64,000 nucleotides of DNA from Bacteroidota bacterium (GCA_040386315.1 JAZKFS010000020.1:4620-68619), one strand, 5' to 3'; positions 9,658-22,900 are shown, counted from the stretch's first letter. Notes: generated from the sequence alone by a model not told the origin. Translations and numbers: made by a program.

Positions 9658-10476
9658 TTATTGCTTTATAAATCGTTGAATTTTTTTGTCGGTATCTGTT
9701 GTAATAACGATCGCATAAACTCCAGCTGGCAGATTATTCAGGTCAATTGGTTTTAAAGGGAGTGCTTCTCCTGATAAAACAGTTTGCCCTGTTACTGATA
9801 TGATCGAATATTTCGTAATATTATCCGAATGAATGAACAGCTTGTCTTGCGCAGGATTTGGATAAATACTTAGTACAGCATCTTGATTATTCGTTTTAAA
9901 ATCCTCGACTGATTCAGGTTCTGGCGACATATTAAAATGAACCGTGATACGGAGATTTTCTATATTTTCATTCGTATAGAGCGCTTCGGTTGAATCTTTT
10001 AAACTGATATTGATAATATTTCCTGTCACTAAATCCTGAATTCTTGCTGAATCTATATATTGTGAAAGTGGTTGCCATCTGATATAAAAATCTTTATAAC
10101 TGTCATCTTTATCACCCTGACGAACCGGCCCGGGCGCGATTCCCAAATCGTATGTCTTTGTAAACTGAGTTGTACTTTCAAATCCGCGGAAATCTCTATA
10201 GCTATAAATATTCAAATCCATTATTGTATCATAGAATGCAAAACGCCCACCCAACCCACTTGGCGGATAGCCAGGGTAAATGTCCTTTTCACCTAAAGCT
10301 TTATCGTAGCCATCAGTAGCTCCTTTTTTTATGCCAAATTCCAATGGAACGACAATGGTTTGTCCCGGTTTGCCGGATAGCATCATTTTAATAGTAATGC
10401 TATCAGGTTGGGCAAATGCAGAACTATAGCTAATTACCAGTGCTATAAATATTTTTAAAAGATTCTTTCCAGTCAT
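9658..10476 (-). CDS. T9SS C-terminal-sorting-domain secreted protein
   Basis: Signal peptide MTGKNLLKIFIALVISYSSAFAQ (start chosen at the internal Met; the ORF track extends to 10521). C-terminal ...KYSIISVTGQTVLSGEALPLKPIDLNNLPAGVYAIVITTDTDKKIQRFIKQ is a typical T9SS CTD. Confidence 0.7.
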   Translation of the reverse strand: MTGKNLLKIFIALVISYSSAFAQPDSITIKMMLSGKPGQTIVVPLEFGIKKGATDGYDKALGEKDIYPGYPPSGLGGRFAFYDTIMDLNIYSYRDFRGFESTTQFTKTYDLGIAPGPVRQGDKDDSYKDFYIRWQPLSQYIDSARIQDLVTGNIINISLKDSTEALYTNENIENLRITVHFNMSPEPESVEDFKTNNQDAVLSIYPNPAQDKLFIHSDNITKYSIISVTGQTVLSGEALPLKPIDLNNLPAGVYAIVITTDTDKKIQRFIKQ

Positions 10477-10579
10477 ATCTACACCTCTTACGTAGAAGAT
10501 ATGTATAAAAATGGGCAACAACGGATTGCGCCATTGTTGCCCATTGTAGAATTAATTTTCCTTTTTAAAGGAATATTTC

Positions 10580-13500
10580 TTAGTGCGTTACAGTAATTGT
10601 GCGAACGATTACTGTTTCACCAGCAACGAATTTTACAAGATACTGTCCGCTTGGAAGTGTGCTTGCATTGAATGTCAATTCCTGAGTTGCTCCAGCTACT
10701 GCTCCACTAACAAGAGTTTGTACTTCCTGTCCAAGAGCATTAAATACTTTTACAGTAGCTACACCAGCATTAGGCATAGAATATGTAATTGTAGCAACAT
10801 TTGAAACCGGGTTTGGAGATACTTTTACATCAAAGTTAGCTGCACCATTGCTTGCCTGAAGCAATTTAATAGTACCTACTTTCTTATCTGCAATTTGAAC
10901 GCTCTCTCCTTTTCCAATATTACCAATGATTTCGCCTGTAGCTGCATTTACCACTGTATATTGAGCATTTGTGTTTTCAACTGCTACGTTTACAGGATAT
11001 TCTGCACCCTGGATTCTGATCGCTGCATTACCAGTAGCAACACTGCTGTTATTAGTAAAGCGTACATCGAATAGATCAGCCGGAGGTAGTGGCGGTAATT
11101 CAAATGATTCAGTATTTACTGTTGGATTTGCTATGTATAATGAACCATTATGTGTAGCATCAGTAATACTGATCTTTGCACTATTTGCATATACTTCCTG
11201 ATTGCTGACAGTATTAGCACTATTTCCACGGGTTTCAGCAATTAGCTTAAGGAATGCTGAACCTTCAGTTACTTTTAACCAGTAGCCAAGCCCTGGAACG
11301 AGTTCAGAAACTTCAACATACCCACGATCTGTCACATATCCGTACACTCCACCAGTTCTGCGTGGCGTCGGCTGTCCAGCAATTGGATCAAACTGAATTC
11401 TGTCAATATTTACCGGTACTGATAAACTACCGATAGTATTCCATCCGGTTGAGATATTTACTTCATCGCGGAAATCAATTCTCTGAAGGCGCGTACCAGC
11501 AACTTTATTGTCAACTACCGGGCCAAATCGAACAAAGTATCCAATTCCAACTTTAGGAACTGCTGCATCCTGATAAATTCCTTTTGAGTAAATAATCGGT
11601 TGCTCAGTTAAGCGATTAGGATAGATATCATCCCAGCTCGTGCTTGACGGACGTACCGGAAGAGAAAGTAAATTCCAACCTCTTCTTGTTACCGGATATT
11701 CAATTACTTTTGGTAATGTATATTCAATAATAAAGGAGCTAATAGCAGCATCGTTAATTGTAATTGAGCGACGTGTACCACCTAATCCCGTTCCTGCTGT
11801 ACGCAGGTCAAAGCTAAAGCGTGTTCCATTTAATGTATCACGAATAAATAGTTGTCCTTCGCTTGGGAAATCTTCGGTATCATACGTGACCGTTACCTGT
11901 GATGTCGTAAAGCCAGCACCACGCTCAAAACGTACTTTATAGATTAGCGTAGTATCTGCATTAACGTTCCGTATATCACGAGATTCATACATTCCTGTTA
12001 AATCTCCCAGGCCATTTACGTGATCTGTAACTTCAGGATTTGTGCTGTATAAACGTGCGCTGAAAACTCCTGTGCCCTGAGGATCAGGATATGGAAATTC
12101 TCCAAACAATGTATCTACACCATCTGTTGCACGTAATCCGGTTCCGATCATTAATTTTGAAGTAACCGATCCGGCACCAACACGTGTAATATCAAAACGG
12201 ATACCTGTTCCACCACCATTTGTATTATTTGGCTCGTTCGGACGGCGAACATTGATATATGTTACTTTCAAACGAACCGGTGTAAATTCTGCAGATGCTG
12301 AACGAAATGTGATATAGCCCACATAGATACCTGTAGCATCCAAATCGTCCTTAATCTGAGGATCAAGTTCATTTGGATCTACTACGATACGGAAATTCAA
12401 TAATGGATCTTTCTGTGTTGTTACAGTTTGATCGGCATTTTGAAATCCAGGACCTCCAGGTCCAAGAATACCATTATCAATGTAATCTATCTCACCAAAT
12501 CTTCTAGCAGAAGGAATTGGGTTTTTTGCGCCAAAGGTTAAAAACTTTAACCATTTTGAGCTTGACTCAACACTAATATCTGTGAGGCGTGTAAAAGATA
12601 TTGACGGATCCGCGATAACATTGATCGCCTGTGTACCCCGGCTGTTTGCTAAATTTGGATTGATTGTTGCGCCATCTTCTACTACTATTGGAGTAGTTAA
12701 CTCCCATAAAGTATTGGAAAGTTGACGCACTTTAGCATCTAAACCAACATTCGGTAAGAAAGAAAAGCGCGGAACATCTGTAACTACTGCATAAATCACA
12801 CCCGGCTTAATCGGTTCTGCCGGATTTGAAAGACGATCTAATCCAGCAAGTCCAAAATTGAGGTCACCTACTGCCGGAGTAGGATACTCAGGAGTTCCTG
12901 GGAATGGGGACTGCTGAGCTATATTTAAGTCATTATACCGTAATGTATCGTTAGTAATAATGATAGGAGTATTTGTTGTACCAACTCCTGAGCTTGTTCC
13001 TACTACACGAAAACGGATATATAATAATTCCTGAAACTCACGTGCATTACAATCAACAGATTTATCATATGGATCTGTTTGTCCTGCTGCGGTAGTCGGA
13101 GCTAAGGGCTTTGTAGAAGCTCCTGCAATACGGATTCTTCTACCGAAGAAGCGGTTAGGAGTTACTACACCAAGACTTGTCTGATATGTATCATCCTCTG
13201 TATCATCAAAGCTAAGATCAAATTCTCTTGCAAGTGAATTAGTATCACTGGAAAGCGGGCCAAAACGCTCAAGGCCTACTGCTCTAAAAATACGCTCATC
13301 GTATTGTACTTTAAACTGAAAGCTATAAATCGGCGTAGCATTGAACCTAGGGTCAATACCATTTAAAAAGCAATTTTTTATAAATACAGGCACAAGGATT
13401 TCCCGAGGCTCACTATTTAAATTTATTGCTTTCGGTACATATATCCGGTCATCCGGATAATTTGTCCCATTCCCAGTTGAGTTGGGATTTGGACGGGATA

Positions 13501-13669
13501 TCAAGCTCAATTGTGGAACTTGCGGTCTAAGTAGCTGTGCCTGAGCAAATGAGCTGCCACAGATGACCATGCCCATAATCAAAGCGAAAGCTTTCAGGAG
13601 ACTATTTCTCCCTTGTAACGGATACCAGTTTTGCATAATGCTTTCTCCTAATTTTGTAAATAGGACCAT
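10580..13669 (-). CDS. large T9SS cargo protein (1029 aa) with ELPPLPPADLFDVRF motif
   Basis: signal peptide; C-terminal T9SS CTD (...TVKVFNALGQEVQTLVSGAV...GQYLVKFVAGETVIVRTITVTH); no TTTTAAAA octamers in 3.1 kb. Confidence 0.75.
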   Translation of the reverse strand: MVLFTKLGESIMQNWYPLQGRNSLLKAFALIMGMVICGSSFAQAQLLRPQVPQLSLISRPNPNSTGNGTNYPDDRIYVPKAINLNSEPREILVPVFIKNCFLNGIDPRFNATPIYSFQFKVQYDERIFRAVGLERFGPLSSDTNSLAREFDLSFDDTEDDTYQTSLGVVTPNRFFGRRIRIAGASTKPLAPTTAAGQTDPYDKSVDCNAREFQELLYIRFRVVGTSSGVGTTNTPIIITNDTLRYNDLNIAQQSPFPGTPEYPTPAVGDLNFGLAGLDRLSNPAEPIKPGVIYAVVTDVPRFSFLPNVGLDAKVRQLSNTLWELTTPIVVEDGATINPNLANSRGTQAINVIADPSISFTRLTDISVESSSKWLKFLTFGAKNPIPSARRFGEIDYIDNGILGPGGPGFQNADQTVTTQKDPLLNFRIVVDPNELDPQIKDDLDATGIYVGYITFRSASAEFTPVRLKVTYINVRRPNEPNNTNGGGTGIRFDITRVGAGSVTSKLMIGTGLRATDGVDTLFGEFPYPDPQGTGVFSARLYSTNPEVTDHVNGLGDLTGMYESRDIRNVNADTTLIYKVRFERGAGFTTSQVTVTYDTEDFPSEGQLFIRDTLNGTRFSFDLRTAGTGLGGTRRSITINDAAISSFIIEYTLPKVIEYPVTRRGWNLLSLPVRPSSTSWDDIYPNRLTEQPIIYSKGIYQDAAVPKVGIGYFVRFGPVVDNKVAGTRLQRIDFRDEVNISTGWNTIGSLSVPVNIDRIQFDPIAGQPTPRRTGGVYGYVTDRGYVEVSELVPGLGYWLKVTEGSAFLKLIAETRGNSANTVSNQEVYANSAKISITDATHNGSLYIANPTVNTESFELPPLPPADLFDVRFTNNSSVATGNAAIRIQGAEYPVNVAVENTNAQYTVVNAATGEIIGNIGKGESVQIADKKVGTIKLLQASNGAANFDVKVSPNPVSNVATITYSMPNAGVATVKVFNALGQEVQTLVSGAVAGATQELTFNASTLPSGQYLVKFVAGETVIVRTITVTH

Positions 13670-13681
13670 TGAATAAAAACT

Positions 13682-14878
13682 TTATTTATTAAGTGTTATA
13701 ATTTCCCTTGTATTAGTAAATACATTCCTTATAACTGCGATGTATTTACCTGCCTCTAATGAATTTTTATCTATAATTATGGAATTTCCTGTACTTCTGT
13801 ATTTTCCTCTTAATTGGCCCAGGATTGAATATACCATAATTTCATATCTGTCATCTATCTCTATTTTCCAGCTATCTTTTAAATCCTCTACTTTCCATTC
13901 TTTTATATTATTTATTCTATCTATTGTATTAATGATCTTTTTTTGGTTTGTAACTGAGATTGACACACTATCTTTTAAAAAAGAAACACACGAGCAATCA
14001 TTTATATCTTTTAAAACCACATTTATGCTACTTACTTCATTTGTATCTCTTTCTCTTTTAAAAACTGCTTTAATCTTGCGATCTACTGCTGAATTTGTAT
14101 CCAGATTTTTAAAAGAAATTTCAACTCCCGTTATTGTTGAGTCCACTTTTACAATTTCAATATCTTGCGTCTCTGCTGCTATTTGTGATATTTTAAAACT
14201 GGATGTATTATAATCCACTTTTAAAATCCCCTCCCTTAGCTTTGTTCCAGTCGAGGCATTTATAGAAAATATTACCTGCTGAGTAAGAATGCTATCATTA
14301 AAATTTAAACTATCTTGTGATGCTTTTACAGAAGCAAATCTTTTTAAAGACTTTCCTTCCTGCACCAGTACTTTTGCATTTACCGTATCGGTAATCGGCC
14401 TTTTAAATTCTATATCAAAATATGATATTTCTACATTAACTGTATCTGCACATGTGCTTAGCACAGTACCCAGGAAGGCTATCAGTGGTTCACTCCCTGT
14501 TACAGGAATATCTTGGATATTTCCACCTGTCGCTCTTACCACTCCTTTACCGGCAAAGTAACCCTGGGTTGGAAATCCTGTAAATTTTTCACTAAGAGTT
14601 CCACTTGTCAACACCTGATCAAACTTTATTTTATTTTGATCAAATTTTAATTCTATGTCAAAGTACAGTAAACTATCACTTTTTAAAACTTGTCCTATTT
14701 GTCCTACTTGTCCTAATGATACAGCTACCACTACCCGCTTACTTCCCGAGCAAACATCTACTGTATCAACTGCATATGCAGATATTGTTGCTACTTGCGC
14801 CATCAGGGGCTGCGCACTGATAATTAATATCAGTGGCAGCACCCATGTAAGCACTTTTTTTAAAAGCAATTGCTGCAT
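13682..14878 (-). CDS. T9SS C-terminal-sorting-domain secreted protein (AT-rich)
   Basis: signal peptide LMAQ; C-terminal ...YEIMVYSILGQLRGKYRSTGNSIIIDKNSLEAGKYIAVIRNV CTD. Confidence 0.7.
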   Translation of the reverse strand: MQQLLLKKVLTWVLPLILIISAQPLMAQVATISAYAVDTVDVCSGSKRVVVAVSLGQVGQIGQVLKSDSLLYFDIELKFDQNKIKFDQVLTSGTLSEKFTGFPTQGYFAGKGVVRATGGNIQDIPVTGSEPLIAFLGTVLSTCADTVNVEISYFDIEFKRPITDTVNAKVLVQEGKSLKRFASVKASQDSLNFNDSILTQQVIFSINASTGTKLREGILKVDYNTSSFKISQIAAETQDIEIVKVDSTITGVEISFKNLDTNSAVDRKIKAVFKRERDTNEVSSINVVLKDINDCSCVSFLKDSVSISVTNQKKIINTIDRINNIKEWKVEDLKDSWKIEIDDRYEIMVYSILGQLRGKYRSTGNSIIIDKNSLEAGKYIAVIRNVFTNTREIITLNK

Positions 14879-14879
14879 C

Positions 14880-16823
14880 TTAACGAATTACAACAAGTGT
14901 TTTATTCATTGTCATACCTTCTCCTTGTAGGCGATAGGTATATGTACCGGCTCCTACTGAATTACCGCTGTCGTCTGTTCCATTCCATTCAGTTACATTC
15001 ATTCCCTTATCCATCAGACCTGCTTTTAAAGTTTTCACTTTATTACCAAGCATATCAAATATAGCAAGTTCGTAATTTCCATTTTGTGGAATTGCAACTG
15101 TAATAGAAGTTGTATTAACTACAGGATTTGGATAGTTAGATAATGCTTGTGTATTTGCATTTTCATCCTTATTTACCAATATCGACTGTCCTGACTTTTG
15201 ATTATCATTAAATCGAACTTCATTTATTGTTAAGCTTGCATCTGAAGTTTTTACAGTAATATAGGCAATTGGCTCGTTTGCATTAAATTCGCCAGTTGCA
15301 CTGATTACTACAGTACTTCCATTCCCTTCAATAAGCACCTTGTTTTCACCAAGTTCTACGCCACTAACTTCAAGAATCTCTCCGTTCACGTTGAATTTGG
15401 TTGCAATAGCGCCTTTAGCAAAACCATTTAATTGTACAGGGATACGATATGTATTTCCATCTACATTAACTGGTGTTCCGATTGCTACATCATTTGCAGA
15501 CTTTTCATTAACACCAGCACGTCCGTAAGGGATAATGGTGTCAAGCAACCAAGGAAGTGTTGGTACACGTCCTGACATGTATAGCATAATTAAAGCAGCA
15601 TCATATTCCGTTGCTTCGAAGAAGAATGATGGATTTCCTGCAAGAAATGGCAAAGAATTATCTGGTGCCACATTTGTTAAATCATAATCAGACAGATTAC
15701 GATTTATCACCGAGCGACGGTAACGTGGTACATCAGTTGAGTTATCAGCACTTCTTGTAGAAAAATAATACCGACCGTTATGATTTACATCTCCATGAAA
15801 AGCATTGCGCTCGCGAAGACTATCTAATGGACGATTCATTGCTTGTGCACGTAGGATAACGCGAGCATCATTCACTGTTACAAAACGATTCTGTGGTAAT
15901 CCACGGTGCTTACCAACCTGTGAAAGATCAGCATCGCCATCACCCCAACCACTTACAAGAAGACGTACATTTACACTTAGACGGACAACAGTGTCACTAC
16001 CACCTGAAGGCTGCCATAAATTTGAAAGGCGTGTACTTGTACGAGCTGTATTAATGTTACCATTAAACTCAAGTGCATTAATATAATCTCCATTTTCCCC
16101 TTTAATTCCAACTGACGCGCCTTGAGTTACTACAGTTGAACCGTTTCCACCAATTTGTCCGTATGCAAATTCAATATCACCTTGAAAATTGTTTGTATTT
16201 CCTAATCTTAGGCTATCTGACTCATATAGATAAAGTTGAAAATTAGCAACACTTGATGGAATAAGCTCATTATTAATATTCAAATTTTGCCATTGCACTA
16301 TAAATGCATTTCTGAATGTCCCGCTTCCATCATTTACAGAACGTGTTCCATAAGAAATCTCTGATGGCAAATACTGTGATTCACCAAGTGTTCCCGGACC
16401 TTTACGATAATAGTGATCTCCAAAAAATGGAGCAACAATATTTACCGGTTGTGTATTTGTAAACAGTGACTGAGGATTATCTGCCGGAATATTAGGTGGC
16501 TGTGTTTTCGTAAACAACACAAATCCATTAATATTTATCCAGACATCACTATAAAGCGTACCATTATAAGAAAATTGGAATGGTAGATTAACTCGAACAT
16601 ACCCATCATCTCTATCAGCAGGATCACTTGATCCAATCTGTGGGGGAAGTCTAAAGTCGTCAGCAGGCAGGACTGTCTTGCTAACCAGTGGAGTATAAGG
16701 ACGATTGCCTACTTTGGTAGCAGCCCTAAAATCCGCCGTAACATCTGCCTGTGCCTGTTGTGTAGTTGCGCCAAAGTATAAACCTAGAGCTGCACCTACT
16801 GCCAGAAGGACACGGTATTTCAT
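14880..16823 (-). CDS. T9SS cargo protein (647 aa), possible dockerin/EF-hand-like GDVNHNG segment
   Basis: signal peptide; C-terminal ...YELAIFDMLGNKVKTLKAG...GAGTYTYRLQGEGMTMNKTLVVIR CTD. Confidence 0.75.
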   Translation of the reverse strand: MKYRVLLAVGAALGLYFGATTQQAQADVTADFRAATKVGNRPYTPLVSKTVLPADDFRLPPQIGSSDPADRDDGYVRVNLPFQFSYNGTLYSDVWININGFVLFTKTQPPNIPADNPQSLFTNTQPVNIVAPFFGDHYYRKGPGTLGESQYLPSEISYGTRSVNDGSGTFRNAFIVQWQNLNINNELIPSSVANFQLYLYESDSLRLGNTNNFQGDIEFAYGQIGGNGSTVVTQGASVGIKGENGDYINALEFNGNINTARTSTRLSNLWQPSGGSDTVVRLSVNVRLLVSGWGDGDADLSQVGKHRGLPQNRFVTVNDARVILRAQAMNRPLDSLRERNAFHGDVNHNGRYYFSTRSADNSTDVPRYRRSVINRNLSDYDLTNVAPDNSLPFLAGNPSFFFEATEYDAALIMLYMSGRVPTLPWLLDTIIPYGRAGVNEKSANDVAIGTPVNVDGNTYRIPVQLNGFAKGAIATKFNVNGEILEVSGVELGENKVLIEGNGSTVVISATGEFNANEPIAYITVKTSDASLTINEVRFNDNQKSGQSILVNKDENANTQALSNYPNPVVNTTSITVAIPQNGNYELAIFDMLGNKVKTLKAGLMDKGMNVTEWNGTDDSGNSVGAGTYTYRLQGEGMTMNKTLVVIR

Positions 16824-16914
16824 AATTACTCCTTTATTTTTTTTAAATTATTATCGTATTAGTAATCTTGCTGAGGGTTCTTTATATAAAGAACCCTCCT
16901 GCAAAACATTATTC

Positions 16915-19900
16915 TTAGCGAATAATCATCATCTGACGTGTCATATTCACTGAACCACTTGATAGACGCGCTACATACATACCTGACGGTAATGCTATGC
17001 CATTTCCATCTTTTGCATTCCATTCTATTACGTTTGCAGTCCCTGCAGGATAGAATCCGCTAAAGTCAGCTACTTTGCTTCCTAAAGCATCAAATATCTC
17101 AAACGTTACCTTTCCTTCTACAGGAAGAGTAAATTGCATTTTCGTGCTGCCTGAGAATGGATTAGGTATGTTTTGGAAAGATTCGCTATTGAATCCTGCT
17201 ACCGGCTGCTCGTCTTCTACGCCACTTGCAAAGTCATATCTAATAACGAAGTTGCTTATCGCGTCACGGAAGATAGTAACAGTAATTGTACCATCAGCAG
17301 CGCTTGTATCAACATTGATATCTTGAGCACTACGAGATGCACCTGTTCTCATATTGATCGCAAAGATATTACCCTGCGAGCTACCATCTAATAACCACCA
17401 TGAACTTCCTGCCGGGTTGCGTACTGCATCAGTTTTTGCTGGAACATTATTTTTATTCCATTTGATGGTTACAGGATAATTAGGCGAGGTATTTCCAACT
17501 ACATCACCCGCCTGGAAGCGGCCTTTGTAATATGCTTCGCCGATCACCCCAGCTACTGCTCTTGGGAAAATATCCCTTAGGGCACCATTTGACGAAGGTA
17601 TTGTCCAACGAGTGTCATACACATCAATTGGTGGAATTGGAGGTAATTCATATTCACAATAGTTAGAATCGAGTTTACCTACTGCATTTGCAGATTCACC
17701 AGTTGTAGCATTGACTGCTGTACCCCATTCAATAACCTGGAATGCGCCTTTGCTATTTGAAATAGTCATTGGTACAATAAAGTCTGTTGGTTGAGATACA
17801 TTAATTTTATAGCTGATTGTCCTTCTTGCTCCAGCTTTATCTGTTGCTGTAATGTAAAGAGTTGCTTTACCTTGAGCATCAAGAGTATCCTGGAAGTTCG
17901 TAGCTGTAATCGTCAGGGTTACTGAATCCGTTGTCTGAGGTCCCGAAATCACACTTGGGGTAACTGTAAAGCCACTTTCAGTTGTAATTGTAACGGTCTC
18001 ATTTCCATTAGTTCCCTTACGTGTAAGATCAATATCTCTAAGCACGATTGTGCCAGTATATGATTTACCAATCTCAATACATTGGACAGTCGGAATTGCA
18101 GTTAGGATCGGAGGATGATTTACAGCTATTACGCGAATTGTGAATGTGCGTACATCTGTTAACCCGCCTTCATCTTTTACAACTACCGTAAATGTTACGG
18201 TTGTATCGTTAAATGGCAAGTCTGTTACACGTGGTGTTCCAAAAAGAATTCCACTTACAGGATCAATCTTTAACCAGTTTGGCGCTGTTTTTGAATTGCG
18301 CACATCGAATGAACCTGCTTCATCTGCGAAACACTCATCACGAGGGATAAATGTGCTTGTATCGTTAGCATAAAGCAATTTGAATCTCTGATCCTGGCCG
18401 AAGTTTGGATCTGTTACACGGACTCGACGTAGTGAATCAAGAAGTGCTATATTATAATCCTGATCTTCGATTGCATCAGGGAAAGTAGCATTCTCAATAC
18501 GTGGAGCAACGTTTACCATTACACGGCGTGTAAGTGTATTAATTCTTCCATGCCCATCATTAACCACAAATGTTACAGTAGTATCGGTATTTAGAGCACC
18601 TTCAAACTGACGTACCGGGGTTAATAAATTATATGCCTGAGCTGAATCAATTCTAATACTTAGCTGCCCTGCTGATGTAAAGTCTGCACCAAATGGATCC
18701 AGAGCATTAAAATCACCATATTGTCTAAAGTACTGATTAGACATCCAGGTAGGACGTACTAGAGTCACTTCATCTGTTACTGAATCAGTTGGATTACGGC
18801 GAAGTGCAATTGATTGGAATCCATAAGCTGTTTTACCATAACGGAAGTCCCAACCGCGTGCTGCTGCTGCCGCATCTTCAGCTTCATCATCAGTCTGAAG
18901 GTCAATCTGGAAACGTAGTTTATCTGTTAAATTTGCAACAAGCATCTCATCTGTTCCACACTTATAAACATTCTGTGTGAAGATAGGATTAGTATCTGTT
19001 ACAAATACTCTAAACTGATATGTAGCTATTGAATTAGCACCTACATTAATTGTATCTTGTTGTAAGTAGCGTGCATTCGTTACATCATAAGCTTCCGCAT
19101 GGAAATATGGCGGGAAGATATTAATATATCGTGCAATAACACTATCAGCTAATCCTGCGGCACGTAATGAATCCAATGTGTTGATATTTGGCGGGAAATT
19201 ACGAATTCCTACCGTTACCATTTCACCACCCGGAACCACAAATGGATTCGTTGGACGGCCACCAAGAACACGATAGCCACGTGCACCGAATGCTGTTCCC
19301 TGTGAAGCATTGATTGTTGTATCAGTTAGCCAATATGAAAGTCCAGATCCCGGCTCTACACTATATGTATAGGTTAGTTGCGTGAAATCATTTGGAGTCA
19401 ATACTGAACGCGGATCGTAGAAGATATTTGAATCTACTCCGCTGATTGTAAAGATTGAATCACGTCCCGGAGCACGTTCTAGATCATTTACATCACGAGG
19501 ATATGTTCTATCTTCGCTTACAAAGATCATATTACGCAACTCTACCGGCAGAAGATTACGCAGGTTGTTGATGTTACCTGTAAATACTGGAGGAGGTGTT
19601 GAAACTCCTACGTTAAATACTAACGCATCATCATAAGCTGCATTTACACCTTCATTCCAAAGTACCGTACGAGAAACTACCCGAACTAAATCTCCATTTG
19701 CAACCGGTAACGCTCTATAGCGCTCACCAGCCCAGAAATTAATACGATTCACCCTGTTTTGATCAATCTGACTATTGTCATCGTTTGATATTGGAAGGCG
19801 AGGACGATTGCTAAACTGAACTCCAAACTCGTTTGGAGCGCCTAAGACATTCGAACCAGCCTCATACCGGCGTCCGACTAGTGCTGCCGCATCTTCATTT

Positions 19901-22900
19901 GCTCCATTCTGAGCTAATTGAGCTAACAACTCACGTCCACTACCTAAGTTTGCTAATCCTTCAGCCGAACGGCGGAATGTCGTATTACCAGTTCTATTTG
20001 CTGAATCTGGTAGCATTTCAATCCGTCCTCTGAATATCTCGCTAGACGTTGTGACTTGGCGAAGATTCGCACGTACAAAGTCACCCGTTGTTTCGTTGAT
20101 TACGAAGAATACAGTTTCATTAACTGTAGGAGCATTTGGATGATCCTGGTTACTCAACTCTGCTGTTCCGCTATAATTAGCGCGTGTTTCAAGGAATAAA
20201 GGATAACCAATTGGCTGGTCGCCCTTGAATTCACTTTGCAGAGCATTGATATTAGCATCAACTTCAGCTACAAATGGATCACGTCCTAAACGGCGTACAT
20301 AGCGATTAAATGAAGGCGAACCCGCAGTATTTGTAAAACGACGAATTGATTTTGGAATACCTACAGCAAAGTCCTCAATCGGTGACATGCGACGACGTGA
20401 ATAATCAGCTGTCTTAATGTCCGTACCTTTATCAAAAAGATCATATATACGGCCCTGCATTAATAGTTTCTCTGGAATACTATTTGCAGCCGGTGTATTT
20501 TGATTATCAAATGCTATGTTGCCAACAGGAATTGGCGTATAGTTAAAACGTTGAGAGGATTCAAACGGCCCTTGCTCTTTAGGATTTGAACTATTGCGGA
20601 TATAACGCAAATGCGTAGTACCGTCACCAGCTACAAAGAAAGTCTCCTGAAGAGTTCCTGATTCCGGTAGTATTGTCGTTACCGGTGCTTCAGTCTGGCC
20701 CCAGTAATTACCGCGAAGAGTATCAACACCACCACTTCCAATAAGGCCGGTTGACGAAGTTCCTTTTGTATTAGGAGCATCAGGAAGGCGAATCAGAAAG
20801 CGTGCTGTATTATCATACATTGAATTCGCAGCAATGCTTGAAGAAGCATACGGAAGAGGCCCGATAATTTCTCCATAGAGAATTGCTCCCGCAAGATCAC
20901 TTGATGCAGGGTTTTCTCTGAAAGCCGAAGTTGTCCGGATATATGGCCCTGTAATTGCATTCTGCTCACGGCCTGTATCAGATAATGCAGTATTATTAGT
21001 AATAAGTGAGCGCTGGAATACTAATTTTAGATCGTAGTTATCTGAATATACCGCTGCTCCTGTGAATGCAGTATTATTTTGAATACGCACGCGATTAAAG
21101 ATAATAGAATCAGTACGACCGATATTATTTGTTGAAGCTTCATCAAGAATGTAAATAGCACCACCTAAGCCGGTACCGTTTTCAGGTAATCCTACGCCAG
21201 GGTGTGTACGTACTACATCACCTAATTGAGTTGTTCCTGTACCAAGCTGTGCAAGATTTACAACAGCTTCATTATCAATGAATCGTGTAAGCATCCGTGC
21301 ATCAGGCGGCGTAATTGCTGAAGCAGCATTTGTAAATACTTCATTTGACGAAGTAAATGTCGTTGCTTCACCTGATGGCAAGGTTGTTAACTGATCTAAG
21401 TCTGTTAACATATATCGTCTGGAATCATCACCAGGGCTAACCATTGCTACTGCTCCACCATTACTAAAGTTTGCGGTATTCATTACGAATTCCACTCCTT
21501 TTAGAACATTAAGAGTAGCGTTTAGCGTATAGATGGCACCACCACCACGAACCAACGCACGGGATGAAGCTTGAAGAGTTGCATCTGAAGTATCAACAAA
21601 TCTTCCTAGACCTACCACATTGCTGTCCAAGATAGCACGAACTATTTGTACATAGCGGCGCGCTAATGGCAAAGCCGGATCAATATTTAATGTAATAGCA
21701 CCACCGGAATACCCTGCTGTATTACGTGTAAATTCTACACGGAATGGGCGTGAATAACCAATAACCAGGTTACCTGATACACCACCAGCTCCATATACGG
21801 TCATGTTTTTCTGAGCATAGATAGCACCACCATGAAAGGTAGCTACGTTACGATCAAATACAACATTATACCCATAGTTGCGAGTTAAGATAAGTGCATC
21901 AGATCCACCAATGATTGGTGATGGGCGTACTTCGCTCAATGTCGCTGAATTACCAACGAAGATAGCACCGCCTCTTGAAGCTCTGTTGCTTAAGTAGTGT
22001 GATGGATATCTTGAATCAAGCGTCTGACCGCCACGAACCTGTAAACGTCCTGCAGTAGCATCTACATAAATAGCTCCACCCATTGAATAGCTCAATGAAT
22101 TTGTACCTGCAGTAGGATTATCACTGATAAATGGAACAATCGCTTGATTAGCATTGAATCTACCGGCAATTGTTACAGATGTCTGCTCACCTACATATAG
22201 TGCACCACCACGCGCTCCCAATGTACCTGCATTATTCTGAAGATTGTTAGCAATGTTACCGCTAAAGTTAATATAATCATTAGAACCGGTAGAAATACCA
22301 TTAACATCATTATTAACACCTAATGCCACTTCAATAGCACTTCCACCATTAGCAGCACTTGCACCGGCAATAACCATTGCCCCACCAAATGCCTGATTTC
22401 TGGCAGCTGTTCCATTAAAGGTTGCAGCATTATTTACATCGTCAGTTAAGATCGTACCTACACCCGGTACAAATATCTGGCGAACATTTGCATTAATTAC
22501 TCTATTTGCATCAAAGTTTAACTGACGAACACGTCCTAATAACACCGCTAAACGTGCATCATCCACACCTTGACGCTGTACATCTGTAAATGGCTCAGCT
22601 GTTGCCGTAGCAAGATTATCAATTGCAGGAATAGCCTGAACTACGGCTGCACCGGTTGAATTTTCAGTTACAGCACCGTTTGCAGTACCAGGATAATTCG
22701 GAAGCGCTGCTGTTGATACAGTTGGAAATAGTCCAGTTCCAACCGGAGCTTCCAGAAGTTGAAGAGCACCACCGCGATTACGGGCAAAGTTGTTTGTGAA
22801 ATTACAGTTTACAAGCCACGTACGTGACGAGAAACTTGTAAGAGCACCACCACCACCATTAGAACGTGAACGTAAATCATCATTTACTGCTGCACGTGCT

